A DNA stretch of 64,000 nt from an uncultured Clostridia bacterium (GTDB taxonomy: Bacteria > Bacillota > Sulfobacillia > SLMV01): assembly GCA_964599275.1 (NCBI GenBank), contig CAZRFK010000002.1:95-64094 (forward strand). Direction: 5' to 3'. A program made the translations under genes and the position numbers. The notes under the pieces are model-generated. The model searched no databases and was not told the DNA's origin. It saw only the letters and a program-made list of their open reading frames with translations. Shown piece by piece: positions 37,952-49,160 of the stretch; the stretch's first letter is position 1; each line of letters starts with the position of its first letter.

Positions 37952-40189
37952 TTGAGGGTGATGTTAATAGTTTGTTGGAACTCATTCGAGCCAGATGAAT
38001 CACAAGTACAGAACCTCGTTCAGCACCTTGATATTTCCCCAATTACTGCGGGAGTCCTGGTTAACCGTGGGTACTCCGACCCAGAAGAGGCCCAGGAATT
38101 TTTATCTGCAGAGTTCAAGCAGCTTGCCGATCCAGATTGCCTCAAAGATGCAGATAAGGCCGTGGATCGCATTCGTCGGGCCATATCTGCCAGTGAAAAG
38201 ATCAGGATATATGGTGATTATGATTGTGACGGACTTACCGCTACAGCCTTATTATACCTGGTTATTGACGAATGCGGTGGTGAGGTAGACTACCAAATTC
38301 CTTCCCGTTTTGTCGAAGGCTACGGGTTGAGCTGTGAAGCAGTCCGTCAGGCAGAATCCGATGGTATAGATCTACTGGTGACCGTTGACTGCGGTATCAC
38401 TGCACAGGATGAAGTCAAATTGGCCAGTGAACTTGGTATAGATGTTTTGATAACGGACCACCATCAGGTAGTCGACAGCAAATTACCAGGCGCAGCTTCG
38501 GCTGTGATCAACCCCAGACAGGTCGGGTGTGATTATCCGGACTCCAACTTGGCAGGAGTAGGAGTTGTATTTCAGTTGGGCAGAATGCTGCTGGATAAGA
38601 ATATCCGCAAATATCTGGACCTGGTGGCTCTGGGAACAATTGCTGATGTGGCTCCCCTGAGGGGTGAAAACAGGATTTTGGTGCGTCATGGAATTGAGGT
38701 GCTGCAGAGGGGACACCGAGCGGGTATAAAGGCAATCGCCGCATCTGCTGGGGTAAATCTGTCTGAGCTGACTGCGGAACAGGTTGCCTACCAGATTGCG
38801 CCAAGGATCAACGCACCCGGAAGGTTGAATGACGCTGCCAATGTCGTGAAACTGCTGATTACCCGTAGTGATAAAGCAGCAGAAAAGCTTGCCAGGTTTT
38901 GTGACAGCGCCAACAAAAAGCGCCGAAAAATACAGGACCGGGTCACGAGAGAGGCTCAACTGAAGCTGGTTGAAAATCCAGAGATTCTCAATAGAGCGTG
39001 TCTTGTTCTGAAAAAGGATTCCTGGCATTCCGGCGTCCTGGGGCCAGCTGCGTCAGCCCTGGTTGAGCGATTCCGTCGACCGGTGTTTTTGTTGAGCAGA
39101 GAATCAGGATCTGATGATTTGTGGGCGGGTTCAGGACGCAGTATTGGACAAGTTCCCCTGACAGATACGCTGCAGGAATGCGGTGAGCTTCTGCACAGTT
39201 ATGGTGGGCACAGTGGAGCTGCTGGTGTCAAGGTCGCCGATGATAACCTCAATGGCCTAGCGGATGAATTACATCGACTGGTGCAGGACAGGATGACTGC
39301 CCCCGACCTGATACCTGAGGTTGAATCTGCGCAGAAAACCCCACTCAGAGTGCTGCATACTGACATACTGGACGAGATTGACCGCCTCAGACCCTTTGGA
39401 GAGGAAAATCCCCCTCCCATGTTTTGCAGCTCTGGTGTGAGCATTGAGGGTGCTCGTCTGGTGGGAGAAGATGAAAACCATCTGCTGTTCAAATTGAGAC
39501 CGAATCTGCGTGCTATCGGTTTCAGGATGGCCAGACAGTGGACCGAAAATCGTGGTTCACGGGAGTGGGATATTGCCTATCGAATAAAGCGTGATAACTG
39601 GCGTAATCGCCAGGGACTGCAGCTTCAAATTATGGGGCTTCGGCCCGCTGGTTCAGGTGAGCAAGGATGTTTGCTGAATGCTCTCAGGCGCAGATGGCGT
39701 GACTTGTCGTCTCAGCACCCATCGGAGGAAAAACTGCGCAGGATTTATCGGCTGCTTCGTCGCCGTATCAATGGGAGTACTTCCGCAAAGCAGGCAGCTG
39801 TTACCTCTTCAGAGCAGACATCAGAACTTGATGATTCTGAAAGGTTTTTTGATCCCCAGGGAGATACTGCTGAGTTTATCTTGGATAGCATTGAAGGATT
39901 GGATTATATTGGGCTGTATCGCGCCATGCTTATATTCGCGGAGTTGAATCTTGCTGCATCCTTGGAACGCGGGAATAGTAAGATATGGCTTTTGCTTTCA
40001 CCGGAGGAGGACAACCTGACACTGGAGGATTCACCCACTTATCGCCTGGGAAGACAACGCGTTAAGAAGGTGGAAGATGCTGCTGGACGAGCGAATTTAT
40101 CAGATGCGGAACTCCTCTCGGCATTGTATGATTATTCTGTCTTTGATAGTGAATGCAGTGGTGTATCTGAGGAAAGTGGGGGGGGATAA
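37952..40189 (+). CDS. recJ: single-stranded-DNA-specific exonuclease RecJ
   Basis: DHH motifs (IYGDYDCDGLT, TVDCGI, ITDHH), DHHA1 GGH, C-terminal OB domain; exact start ambiguous (TTG 37952, ATG 37961). Confidence 0.9.
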   Translation: MRVMLIVCWNSFEPDESQVQNLVQHLDISPITAGVLVNRGYSDPEEAQEFLSAEFKQLADPDCLKDADKAVDRIRRAISASEKIRIYGDYDCDGLTATALLYLVIDECGGEVDYQIPSRFVEGYGLSCEAVRQAESDGIDLLVTVDCGITAQDEVKLASELGIDVLITDHHQVVDSKLPGAASAVINPRQVGCDYPDSNLAGVGVVFQLGRMLLDKNIRKYLDLVALGTIADVAPLRGENRILVRHGIEVLQRGHRAGIKAIAASAGVNLSELTAEQVAYQIAPRINAPGRLNDAANVVKLLITRSDKAAEKLARFCDSANKKRRKIQDRVTREAQLKLVENPEILNRACLVLKKDSWHSGVLGPAASALVERFRRPVFLLSRESGSDDLWAGSGRSIGQVPLTDTLQECGELLHSYGGHSGAAGVKVADDNLNGLADELHRLVQDRMTAPDLIPEVESAQKTPLRVLHTDILDEIDRLRPFGEENPPPMFCSSGVSIEGARLVGEDENHLLFKLRPNLRAIGFRMARQWTENRGSREWDIAYRIKRDNWRNRQGLQLQIMGLRPAGSGEQGCLLNALRRRWRDLSSQHPSEEKLRRIYRLLRRRINGSTSAKQAAVTSSEQTSELDDSERFFDPQGDTAEFILDSIEGLDYIGLYRAMLIFAELNLAASLERGNSKIWLLLSPEEDNLTLEDSPTYRLGRQRVKKVEDAAGRANLSDAELLSALYDYSVFDSECSGVSEESGGG

Positions 40190-40191
40190 GA

Positions 40192-42354
40192 GTGACCTTT
40201 GCTGAGTTCAAAGCCCAAGCCAGTGAATATCTGTCCGAAGATGCACTGACGCAGATAGAACTTGCCTATGAATTCGCGTGTGATGCCCACTCTGGTCAGA
40301 TGCGGGCATCCGGCGAAGAGTTTGTTCAGCACCCCCTGCATGTTGCGATTATTTTGTCGCAGCTGGACATGGATGCAGATACATTAGCGGCAGCTTTATT
40401 GCACGATGTAGTTGAAGATAGTGAAGTCACCCTGGAGCAGATCGAGGAATCTTTTGGAGAGAGAATTGCTACGATGGTGGATGGCGTAACAAAGCTGACC
40501 CAGCTGGAAGCCAGAACCAAATTTGAAGAGCAGGCGGAGAACTTACGTAAAATGTTTGTGGCAATGGCCAAAGATATCAGGGTCATCCTGATCAAATTAG
40601 CTGATCGTTTGCATAATATGCGTACCCTTCAGCCTCTGTCGAAATCCCGTCGTAAGGCGATAGCCGAAGAAACTCTTGAGATCTTTGCCCCCCTTGCTCA
40701 TCGGCTGGGAATTTCCCGTATCCAGGTGGAGTTAGAGGATCTTTCGCTAAAACACCTGCATCCTGAAGAGTACGACAAATTGGCCGAAGAAGTTCCCGCT
40801 CGTAGAAGAGAAAGAGAAAAATATACTCAAGAAGTTATAGATGAATTGAATGAAACTTTACTGGAAATAGGAATTGAAGCTGATATTCATGGTCGGGCAA
40901 AGCATTTATACAGTATTTGGAATAAAATGAAGAATCAGGATCGCTCTCTGGAGCAGATTTTTGATCTTGTTGCCATCCGGGTAATCACCGACAGTGTGAA
41001 GGACTGTTACGGAGTGCTTGGGGGGGTGCACAATATGTGGCGGCCCCTTCCTGGTCGTTTCAAGGATTATATAGCCATGCCCAAAAGCAATATGTATCAA
41101 TCCCTTCACACCACGGTGATAGGTCCAGAAGGTGAGCCGTTTGAGATTCAAATTAGAACTCGTTCCATGCACCGGATAGCGGAATATGGAATCGCGGCTC
41201 ACTGGCGTTACAAAGAAGGGGGCGAGTCTGACGAAGAATTTGACAAGAAACTGGCCTGGCTGCGGGAGATTTTGGAGTGGCAGAGCGAGGCGCCTGATCC
41301 CCATGATTTTATGGAATCCCTAAAGATTGATGTTTTTTCGGACGAGGTGTTTGTGTTTACTCCCAAGGGAGATGTGATAGAACTTCCTGATGGGTCTACG
41401 CCGATCGATTTTGCTTATCGGATTCACACAGAAGTTGGTCACAGCTGTGTTGGTGCCAAGATCAATGGAAACATAGCACCCCTGGATACAGAACTTGAAA
41501 ATGGAGACATTGTAGAGATTTTAACCAGTAAGCAGAGCGGCGGCCCCAGTTCAGACTGGTTGAAAATAGTTCAGACCTCAAGTGCTCGTTCCCGGATACG
41601 CCAGTGGTTCCGCAGAGAACGCCGGGATGAAAACCTGGAAATGGGAAAACGTCTGCTGCGGGAAGAGATCACGGACCTGGGCTTGAACCCAGAAGAAGTA
41701 ATGTGCGAAGATTATCTGTCCAAAGTCAGGCATAGATTCAACTTTAATAGTGTCGATGATCTGCTGGTTGCTGTGGGTTACGGCGGGATTACTGCTGGTC
41801 AGGTAGCTTCGCGACTTAGAGAACTGTATCGGGAGGAGCATGGCGGTGAAAAAATAACTATTGATAAGGAGTCGCTGAAGGATAAACTTCCTCAGGCTGA
41901 CGACCGCGAGCCGGGAGTCAAGGTGAAAGGAATTGATAACGTACTGGTTCGTCTGGCTCGATGCTGCAATCCCGTTCCAGGTGATGAAATTCTGGGTTAT
42001 GTGACACGCGGGCGGGGTGTCTCGATTCACCGTTCCGATTGCCCAAATATAACTCGTTATCTTGATGAAGAGCAGAGGGTCATTGAGGTTTCTTGGGATT
42101 CTGTTGAGGCCGGCTATTATCCGGTCGAAATCATGATAGTTGCCGTTGATCGACCAGCGCTGCTATCAGATGTTGCCCAGGCCGTTGCCTCCTTCAGCAC
42201 GAATATTTTGGATGCGAAGGCCCGAACGCGTACTGATGGAACTGCAGTGGTGAATATGGTTCTGGAGATCCATGATCTGCAGCAGCTGGGATACCTGAAG
42301 CAGCGGGTTGAGCGCATTCGCGACGTATTGAGAGTGGAAAGAGTTTCTCACTGA
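40192..42354 (+). CDS. relA: bifunctional (p)ppGpp synthetase/hydrolase RelA/SpoT
   Basis: HD hydrolase motif (HPLHVA..LLHDVVED), synthetase RYKEG/ HTEVGH, TGS and ACT domains; 720 aa. Confidence 0.95.
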   Translation: MTFAEFKAQASEYLSEDALTQIELAYEFACDAHSGQMRASGEEFVQHPLHVAIILSQLDMDADTLAAALLHDVVEDSEVTLEQIEESFGERIATMVDGVTKLTQLEARTKFEEQAENLRKMFVAMAKDIRVILIKLADRLHNMRTLQPLSKSRRKAIAEETLEIFAPLAHRLGISRIQVELEDLSLKHLHPEEYDKLAEEVPARRREREKYTQEVIDELNETLLEIGIEADIHGRAKHLYSIWNKMKNQDRSLEQIFDLVAIRVITDSVKDCYGVLGGVHNMWRPLPGRFKDYIAMPKSNMYQSLHTTVIGPEGEPFEIQIRTRSMHRIAEYGIAAHWRYKEGGESDEEFDKKLAWLREILEWQSEAPDPHDFMESLKIDVFSDEVFVFTPKGDVIELPDGSTPIDFAYRIHTEVGHSCVGAKINGNIAPLDTELENGDIVEILTSKQSGGPSSDWLKIVQTSSARSRIRQWFRRERRDENLEMGKRLLREEITDLGLNPEEVMCEDYLSKVRHRFNFNSVDDLLVAVGYGGITAGQVASRLRELYREEHGGEKITIDKESLKDKLPQADDREPGVKVKGIDNVLVRLARCCNPVPGDEILGYVTRGRGVSIHRSDCPNITRYLDEEQRVIEVSWDSVEAGYYPVEIMIVAVDRPALLSDVAQAVASFSTNILDAKARTRTDGTAVVNMVLEIHDLQQLGYLKQRVERIRDVLRVERVSH

Positions 42355-42369
42355 GGAGTGGTTGCTTAA

Positions 42370-42819
42370 ATGCGAGCTGTCGTCCAGAGAGTTTCTGAAG
42401 CACGTGTTTTGGTTAATGAGCGGGTGTCTGGAGAAATCGGAAAAGGTATGCTGGTTCTGCTCGGAATTGGAAAGGGAGACAGCCTTGACGACGTCGAGTA
42501 TCTAGCTGACCGCATAGCAAATCTGCGAATATTTCCAGATAACGATGGTAAGATGAACATTGCTCCCGCTGATGCTCAATCTGAGGTTCTGGTTGTTCCA
42601 CAGTTTACATTATACGGGGACTGCCACGGGGGAAATCGTCCATCTTTTACCGGGGCTGCCGCACCAGAGGAAGCACGAAGGCTTTATTTGTCTTTCGTTC
42701 AGCAGATCAATGAGTACCTGCCGGAAGCAGCAACAGGAGAATTCGGTGCAATGATGGATGTGCAGCTCAACAATTGGGGGCCGGTTACGCTGCTTCTGGA
42801 TAGCGATAGGACTTTTTAA
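42370..42819 (+). CDS. dtd: D-aminoacyl-tRNA deacylase
   Basis: MRAVVQRV...GLLVLLGI...SNWGPVT(L) motifs; 149 aa. Confidence 0.9.
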   Translation: MRAVVQRVSEARVLVNERVSGEIGKGMLVLLGIGKGDSLDDVEYLADRIANLRIFPDNDGKMNIAPADAQSEVLVVPQFTLYGDCHGGNRPSFTGAAAPEEARRLYLSFVQQINEYLPEAATGEFGAMMDVQLNNWGPVTLLLDSDRTF

Positions 42820-42981
42820 CTTTAGCGGCACAAGTCCGCCTGCAAACTGAAGATACAGGGTAAGTTTGCCGGAGGTCGCTCACATGTTATACTTTTCAAG
42901 GATATATGTCGATGTTTTCCAGATGATCCGCATGGTGATGGTGATTTGCCATTCGGCTTGCAGGAAGGAGATAAGTAAGTC

Positions 42982-44259
42982 ATGGATATTAGACGACCCC
43001 GGGGGACTGAAGATGTCATTCCGGAGCAGAGTCCCAAATGGCAGTACTTAGAATCTACCGCCCGGGAAATTGCCGGGCTTTTTGGATATGAGGAAGTCAG
43101 AACTCCCATATTAGAACATAGTAAACTGTTTACTCGAACCGTGGGAGAAGTCACGGACATTGTGGAAAAAGAAATGTATACTTTTACGGATCGTGGGGAT
43201 CGCAGTATAACCCTACGGGCCGAGGGTACCGCTCCAGCTGCCCGTTTGTACATACAGGAAAACCTGCATGCGGAAGCGCAACCGGTCAAATTGTGCTACG
43301 TGGGCTGGCCCATATTCAGGTATGAGCGTCCTCAGGCCGGTCGTCTTCGGCAGCACCATCAGTTTGGTGTTGAGTGTTTTGGTAGTGCAGATCCAGCCAT
43401 AGACGCAGAGATTATATCGCTGGCCTTCGAGTATCTCGCTCAACTGGGTATATCAGGGTTAGATCTGCACATCAATAGCATAGGTTGTCCTGATTGTCGA
43501 CCTGATTATCTCAGCGACCTGAAGGAGTCATTGCAAAATTGCATCAGAGAGATGTGTTCAGATTGTCAGCGACGCATGCAGAATAATCCCCTGCGCATAT
43601 TGGACTGTAAGAGGGAAAAATGCAGAGATTTTCTCAGAAATGCCCCGCTGATGAGTGACTACCTCTGTGATGGTTGTGCCCAGCATGATGCTGAATCACG
43701 TGAGTGCCTGGACGAGCTGGAGATATCTTATGTGCAGGATCCCACCCTGGTACGTGGTCTGGATTATTATACGAAAACCGTTTTTGAGATCACCCATGAC
43801 GCCCTGGGGGCCAAGGATGTGGTCTGCGGTGGTGGACGTTACGATGGTTTGGTTGAACTGCTTGGAGGTGAATCCGCTCCCGGGATAGGTTTTGGAATGG
43901 GCCTTGAGCGTTTGCTGATGATACTGGAAGAAGAAGAGGCCTACCTTCCCAACCGACCATCCCTTGATGTTTTTGTAGTGACAATAGGCGAGCGAGCCAG
44001 CAAGTTTTCTGTGAGCCTCTTAAGGACCCTGCGGCAGGCCGGAATAAGCTGTGATATGGACTACCTGGACCGAAGTGTTAGGGCCCAGATGAGATATGCT
44101 GATAAGTACCCGGCCCAATTTGTAATTATGATTGGAGAAAACGAGCTGAAATCAGAAGTTATGACTGTAAGGAATATGAAAACAGGGGATCAGAGTGAGG
44201 TGGAAATGGGTCTATTGGTAGACCACCTGCTCGATGCTAAGAAATCAAAATCTGAATAA
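42982..44259 (+). CDS. hisS: histidine--tRNA ligase
   Basis: Class II motifs, RPRGTEDV start, HisRS-specific blocks and anticodon-binding domain. Confidence 0.95.
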   Translation: MDIRRPRGTEDVIPEQSPKWQYLESTAREIAGLFGYEEVRTPILEHSKLFTRTVGEVTDIVEKEMYTFTDRGDRSITLRAEGTAPAARLYIQENLHAEAQPVKLCYVGWPIFRYERPQAGRLRQHHQFGVECFGSADPAIDAEIISLAFEYLAQLGISGLDLHINSIGCPDCRPDYLSDLKESLQNCIREMCSDCQRRMQNNPLRILDCKREKCRDFLRNAPLMSDYLCDGCAQHDAESRECLDELEISYVQDPTLVRGLDYYTKTVFEITHDALGAKDVVCGGGRYDGLVELLGGESAPGIGFGMGLERLLMILEEEEAYLPNRPSLDVFVVTIGERASKFSVSLLRTLRQAGISCDMDYLDRSVRAQMRYADKYPAQFVIMIGENELKSEVMTVRNMKTGDQSEVEMGLLVDHLLDAKKSKSE

Positions 44260-44389
44260 TGATTCACCCGGTAAGTAATTGTGGAGGTGGTAGGGTGTGA
44301 GCGAAAAGGATTTACAAAACAATGATTCAACACGCGGACATTCTGACAGTCCGATTTCAGAGCCGCTTGGTGATTGGCGGAGAACTGAT

Positions 44390-46153
44390 ATGTGCGGGGA
44401 ACTCAATACTCGCGATGCCGGACGAGAGGTAACGCTGATGGGTTGGGTATCCAATCTGCGGGATCTGGGAAAGCTGCTGTTTATGGAGGTTCAGGACCGG
44501 GCAGGAGCTGTCCAGATTACCTTTCATGCTGAAGATATGCACCAATTGTGGGATAAGGCGAAGGGATGGCGCGCTGATTTTGTGGTGGCAGTCAGGGGTC
44601 TGGTAAGTGAGCGCTCGCCAGAAACCGTCAATCCGGATATGGCCACTGGAGCAGTGGAGATTATTCCCAGCGAAATTAAACTCCTGAATCAGTCTGAAGT
44701 TCCTCCTATTTCTACGTTGCAGGTGGAGTCTGTAGACGAAAATCTCCGTCTTGAACACCGATATCTGGATATCCGCACTCAAAGAATGCAGCGAAACCTG
44801 TGGATAAGGCACCGGCTGTGCAAATGTCTCCGGAACTTTTTGAATTCTGAAGGTTTTTGGGAGATTGAAACCCCTTATCTGACCAGGAGTACACCGGAAG
44901 GGGCTCGTGATTATCTGGTTCCCACTCGTGTCGGACCGGATCGTTTTTATGCACTTCCTCAGTCGCCACAAATTTTTAAACAGCTGCTTATGATTGGCGG
45001 TTACGACCGATATTATCAAATAGTTAGATGTTTCAGAGATGAGGACCTCAGGGCAGACCGTCAGCCGGAATTCACTCAGCTGGATATCGAAATGGCCTTT
45101 GTGGGAGAAGAGGAAGTACAGGATCTGGTTGAAGAACTGGTAGCTGGTGTGTATTTGGAAGTTATGAATAAAGACATATCCACTCCGTTTGAGCGGATGA
45201 CATATGACGAGGCTATGGACAAATACGGCACTGACAAACCTGATCTGAGGTATTCCATGCCGTTGGTGGACGTCTCAGCCGAATTGGCCCACTCTGATTT
45301 CAGAATATTTTCCGAAACCGTTGAGCAGGGTGGAGTAGTAAAGGGTTTAGTTGTTGATAACATGGCTGATGCGAGCCGTTCGGAAATAGATGCCTGGGAA
45401 GATAAAGCCAAAGAATATGGGGCAGCCGGACTGCTGTGGTTAGGGTTTGAGAAACGTCCAACACTGGGGTCTGAAGCCCTGCGTTCGCCGATCAGTGGAC
45501 ATCTATCCGATGCTGAGGTGCGAAATCTTGCCCGAATAACCGAGGCAGGATCTGGTGACATGCTCCTGCTTTTGGCTGGCGAGAAAACGGATGTCAACCG
45601 CATATTGGGCCTATTACGCGTGGACCTGGCAGAACAATTGCAGTTGGTCGAGGATGATGCATCTTTAGAGTTTGTCTGGGTGGTGCGGCCGCCGCTGTTT
45701 GAACTGGAAGAAAGTCAGCTTAGCAGTATACATAACCCATTTTCTGCTCCTGTCCCGGAAGATGAACCAAGGCTGAATGATGAGCCACTTGAGGTCCGAT
45801 CCCGGCAATATGATCTTGTGCTCAATGGAGTGGAACTGGCGGGAGGTAGCATAAGAAACCACAGGTCCGATATTCAAAAAACTATATTTGAACATATGGG
45901 GATAACTCCCGAAGAACAGCAGGATAAATTTGGTTTCCTGTTGGATGCCCTGTCGTATGGAGCACCTCCCCACGGTGGGATAGCTTTTGGGCTTGATAGG
46001 TTTGTGATGCTTTTGGCCGGAGAAAGTACTATCAGGGATGTTATCGCCTTCCCCAAAGCATCAGCAGGGCGTGAACCAATGACCGGTGCACCTGCACCTG
46101 TCAGCCCTGAACAGTTGAATGATCTGTCGTTAAAGGTTGATAACGACAGCTGA
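44390..46153 (+). CDS. aspS: aspartate--tRNA ligase (ORF also open from GTG 44297, giving a 31-aa N-extension)
   Basis: Class IIb motifs (FRDEDLRADRQPEFTQLD, QLD..MAF, GGSIR); homologues start near M-x-R-T-H-Y-C-G-E-L, which matches ATG 44390. Confidence 0.9.
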   Translation: MCGELNTRDAGREVTLMGWVSNLRDLGKLLFMEVQDRAGAVQITFHAEDMHQLWDKAKGWRADFVVAVRGLVSERSPETVNPDMATGAVEIIPSEIKLLNQSEVPPISTLQVESVDENLRLEHRYLDIRTQRMQRNLWIRHRLCKCLRNFLNSEGFWEIETPYLTRSTPEGARDYLVPTRVGPDRFYALPQSPQIFKQLLMIGGYDRYYQIVRCFRDEDLRADRQPEFTQLDIEMAFVGEEEVQDLVEELVAGVYLEVMNKDISTPFERMTYDEAMDKYGTDKPDLRYSMPLVDVSAELAHSDFRIFSETVEQGGVVKGLVVDNMADASRSEIDAWEDKAKEYGAAGLLWLGFEKRPTLGSEALRSPISGHLSDAEVRNLARITEAGSGDMLLLLAGEKTDVNRILGLLRVDLAEQLQLVEDDASLEFVWVVRPPLFELEESQLSSIHNPFSAPVPEDEPRLNDEPLEVRSRQYDLVLNGVELAGGSIRNHRSDIQKTIFEHMGITPEEQQDKFGFLLDALSYGAPPHGGIAFGLDRFVMLLAGESTIRDVIAFPKASAGREPMTGAPAPVSPEQLNDLSLKVDNDS

Positions 46154-46441
46154 TTTTGGTTGCGGTGCTGCGGGTGATATGTTATCATTTTTACACAGTT
46201 GAGAGGCACGGATAGTGTCGAATGTCGCTCAACCAAGACTTTGAAAATTCACTGTCTGCTGTGTACGTGATTGCCCCGAAATTGTTTGACCGAACACCAA
46301 TGAAACGGGAGCCTGAGCTGGTTGGTAGCGGGCACGCCTCCAGCGAGTGGACGTCCAAAGTCAACCATAGGGCACCCACTTTAACCTAGGCGGGTTAAAC
46401 AAACCGGGATTAAAACACGGCACGGTGGGCAGTTTTTCTTT

Positions 46442-47908
46442 TTATTCACCTTTAGTATTTGCTTCATCTACTATCCAGTCCGTTTTCTGAGTCAGGGGCA
46501 AAGAGACTTCAACTTCCCCTTCTGTCGTACAGTATAACTCCAGGTACATATTCCTTTGCTCGTCCCAAAAATCATTTGATTCATCTGGTAGAGTGAAAGA
46601 AAACCAGATATCGTCAAGCCTTTGTCGGCTGCCTTTTGGCCATCTGGTGAGGTTTCCCTCAGCGGAGGTGGAATCGTCCTGGCATTTCAACTTATATTGA
46701 AGATTTTCCGGCTTACAGGTAGTTATCCCTAACACCGGCTGTCCCGGTCCTACTGCTGCCCCGGCATGTGGTTGGACTACTGCGACTCTGTGTAAATCAG
46801 GGTTATAACCCATAGCCCTTGTAATCATGCTCACTGCTTCTGCCGTGGATGCTCTGGACTGAAGACGGAGAGAGCTATCCGGATATCCCTGAACTATGCC
46901 AAATCGCAGCGCCTTGAGACAGTATTTTTCCAGCCATCTAGGATATTGATCTATCTGCAGGTTGTTCACGGGTGCTTTACTGATATCCTCTGATTTGTTA
47001 GATTTCATTGCTATTCTGGTGCTCATTACCAGAACTTCACGTCTGGTGACTGGAGATTCTGGCTCAAAAACATATTCTGGTGCGTAATCATCAGGTCTTA
47101 TTATGCCTTCTGCCACCGCGATGCGCAGGTGAGCAATTAACGGGGAGTCTGTGTCTATGTCAGTGAACGGCAGCGGATAAGCTTCACCATTTGAAACTGC
47201 CATTAAAGCCTCCTCGAAACCTACCGATTTTACAGCAGTGCGGACAAATTCCCCCCGAGTGATGGGCTTTTGGAGATCAGAAGCAATCCCCCCTGGTTGA
47301 ACGATGCCGCTGGTAGCGGCCGTGAGCATTTCAGTGTGAGCCCAGTGGTCGGCAAATGAGTATTCACCGGGCCACAACACATTATTCCGCGGTGTCAAGG
47401 GCTCCTGTAGACAGATGTGTCCAGCCAGAGTTTCAGCTGTGTCACCATCGAGAGTAATGACAACTTCTTGGATTTGTTCCCCGGCTGCTGCCAGGGCTGT
47501 TTTGACTATCGCCTGAACCATCACTTTCTCGCCCCAGGCTCCTACGTTAATTGCCCTCAGGTTGCTGTCAAAATCCAGAATCACCGTTTTTTCTTGGGTT
47601 TGAACAGAGTTCAAGGCCATATCTTGATCAAAAAGACCTGCCAGAAATGAAGTGGGACTGTCGCTTTGTTGGTGCAAAAGTTTATTAACTGCTTCATCGA
47701 TTTTTTTTACTTCTCCAGAACTACCTGCCTGCAGTTGATGTAAAATGGGGATGAGATGCAGCCTTTGCTGCCACATCACCGGATGGTATACAAAAACAGT
47801 TTCTGATGTTTGTGCCCTACTCAGACCAGAGAATAGAGTTACCATGAGAGCAATCACCAACATACAACCTACTATTTCAGACCAGATTTGTTTCTTCAAC
47901 ATTATCAA
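46442..47908 (-). CDS. secreted GerMN-domain protein with three SLH (S-layer homology) repeats
   Basis: Signal peptide; GerMN-like block ILDFDSNL...VVITLDGDTAETLAGH; three SLH-like repeats (FTDIDTD..IA.L..A...GII, PVTRREV..M..R, RASTAEAVSMI.RAMG). Confidence 0.62.
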   Translation of the reverse strand: MIMLKKQIWSEIVGCMLVIALMVTLFSGLSRAQTSETVFVYHPVMWQQRLHLIPILHQLQAGSSGEVKKIDEAVNKLLHQQSDSPTSFLAGLFDQDMALNSVQTQEKTVILDFDSNLRAINVGAWGEKVMVQAIVKTALAAAGEQIQEVVITLDGDTAETLAGHICLQEPLTPRNNVLWPGEYSFADHWAHTEMLTAATSGIVQPGGIASDLQKPITRGEFVRTAVKSVGFEEALMAVSNGEAYPLPFTDIDTDSPLIAHLRIAVAEGIIRPDDYAPEYVFEPESPVTRREVLVMSTRIAMKSNKSEDISKAPVNNLQIDQYPRWLEKYCLKALRFGIVQGYPDSSLRLQSRASTAEAVSMITRAMGYNPDLHRVAVVQPHAGAAVGPGQPVLGITTCKPENLQYKLKCQDDSTSAEGNLTRWPKGSRQRLDDIWFSFTLPDESNDFWDEQRNMYLELYCTTEGEVEVSLPLTQKTDWIVDEANTKGE

Positions 47909-48086
47909 ACACCTCCGAGCTCAACGTTTCGGGTACTAGTTTGCCCTTGAAGCTTTAAAAGTATTAATAAAAGACAAAGATGCTTGGAAAAGAGACAGGT
48001 TACTAGGTGGTTTATGAAGAAAGTATGTTGTTGTGTGGTGGTTTCAAAAAAGCAACTAGGTGATTTGCAGGGAGGAGATTTCAAAC

Positions 48087-49121
48087 GTGATAGATCTTCG
48101 TAGTGATACTGTGACTAAACCTACAGAGAAAATGCGTAAGGCTATGGTTGAGGCTGAGGTTGGAGATGATGTTTACGGAGATGATCCGACAGTAAATAGC
48201 CTTCAGGAATTGGCGGCTGATATGGTGGGTAAAGAGGCAGCATTGTACGTCCCGAGTGGAACCATGGGGAACCAGGCTGCAATCATGACCCACACACAGA
48301 TCGGCGACGAGATAATTTTGGAGGAAAATTCTCATATTTTCTTGTTTGAGGGCGGGGGCGCAGCCCGGTTATCCGGCTGTCAGACTCGTACTTTATCCGG
48401 GAAAAGTGGGATAATGTCAACTGAGGATATTCGCGCTGCAATCAGGGGAGACAACATTCATTACCCAAAAAGTAGTCTGCTGTGTCTGGAAAATACACAC
48501 AACCGCGCAGGCGGTGCGGTGGTTTCCCCCAAAGATACTCGCGAACTTGCTGAAGTCGCTCATAAACAAGGTTTGAAAGTTCACCTTGATGGTGCGCGCA
48601 TTTTCAATGCGGCAACTGCAGCAGGTGTTTGTGTCACAGAGTTGACCGAACCTGTAGACAGTGTCCAGTTTTGTCTTTCCAAGGGATTGGCCGCCCCGGT
48701 TGGTTCTATAGTTGCTGGGTCCGAAGAGTTTATTGATGGATGTTTGCGCGCACGCAAGGTCCTTGGTGGTGGAATGCGACAGGCAGGAATTCTGGCTGCG
48801 GCAGGTATCATAGCTCTTGAAGTCATGTCCAAACGCCTGGATGAGGATCATCAGACGGCACGGAAACTCGCTGAATCCTTAGCCAACATGAAGCCTTTTT
48901 CCATTAATCCGGATGCCGTCGAGACCAATATAGTGGCATTTGATGTCGATCCGGACAGGTTAAATGCAGATTCATTCCTCGAGGAACTGGAATCTGCAGG
49001 TGTGCTGGCCAATACAATTGGGCCTCAGCAAATAAGAATGGTGACACACTATCAGATCGGACCTGACGATGTTGAAACAGCGGTAGATACCATTCATCAG
49101 ACAATCCAACAGATGGATTGA
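48087..49121 (+). CDS. ltaE: low-specificity L-threonine aldolase
   Basis: [11 protein letters not shown] start motif, PLP-lysine region ([12 protein letters not shown]); GTG 48087 after GGGAGGAG. Confidence 0.8.
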   Translation: MIDLRSDTVTKPTEKMRKAMVEAEVGDDVYGDDPTVNSLQELAADMVGKEAALYVPSGTMGNQAAIMTHTQIGDEIILEENSHIFLFEGGGAARLSGCQTRTLSGKSGIMSTEDIRAAIRGDNIHYPKSSLLCLENTHNRAGGAVVSPKDTRELAEVAHKQGLKVHLDGARIFNAATAAGVCVTELTEPVDSVQFCLSKGLAAPVGSIVAGSEEFIDGCLRARKVLGGGMRQAGILAAAGIIALEVMSKRLDEDHQTARKLAESLANMKPFSINPDAVETNIVAFDVDPDRLNADSFLEELESAGVLANTIGPQQIRMVTHYQIGPDDVETAVDTIHQTIQQMD

Positions 49122-49160
49122 TAAGTATAAATAAGTATAAAAAAGAAGGGGGAAGCGACC

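Noticed and set aside
40326-42403. Multiple 60-150 aa antisense ORFs inside relA, hisS, aspS, alaS and other long genes
   Set aside because: All lie wholly inside strongly supported housekeeping genes on the opposite strand
49121-49140. Tandem ATAAGTATAA x2 after ltaE
   Set aside because: Only two copies of a 10-mer in an AT-rich terminator/promoter spacer; not an array
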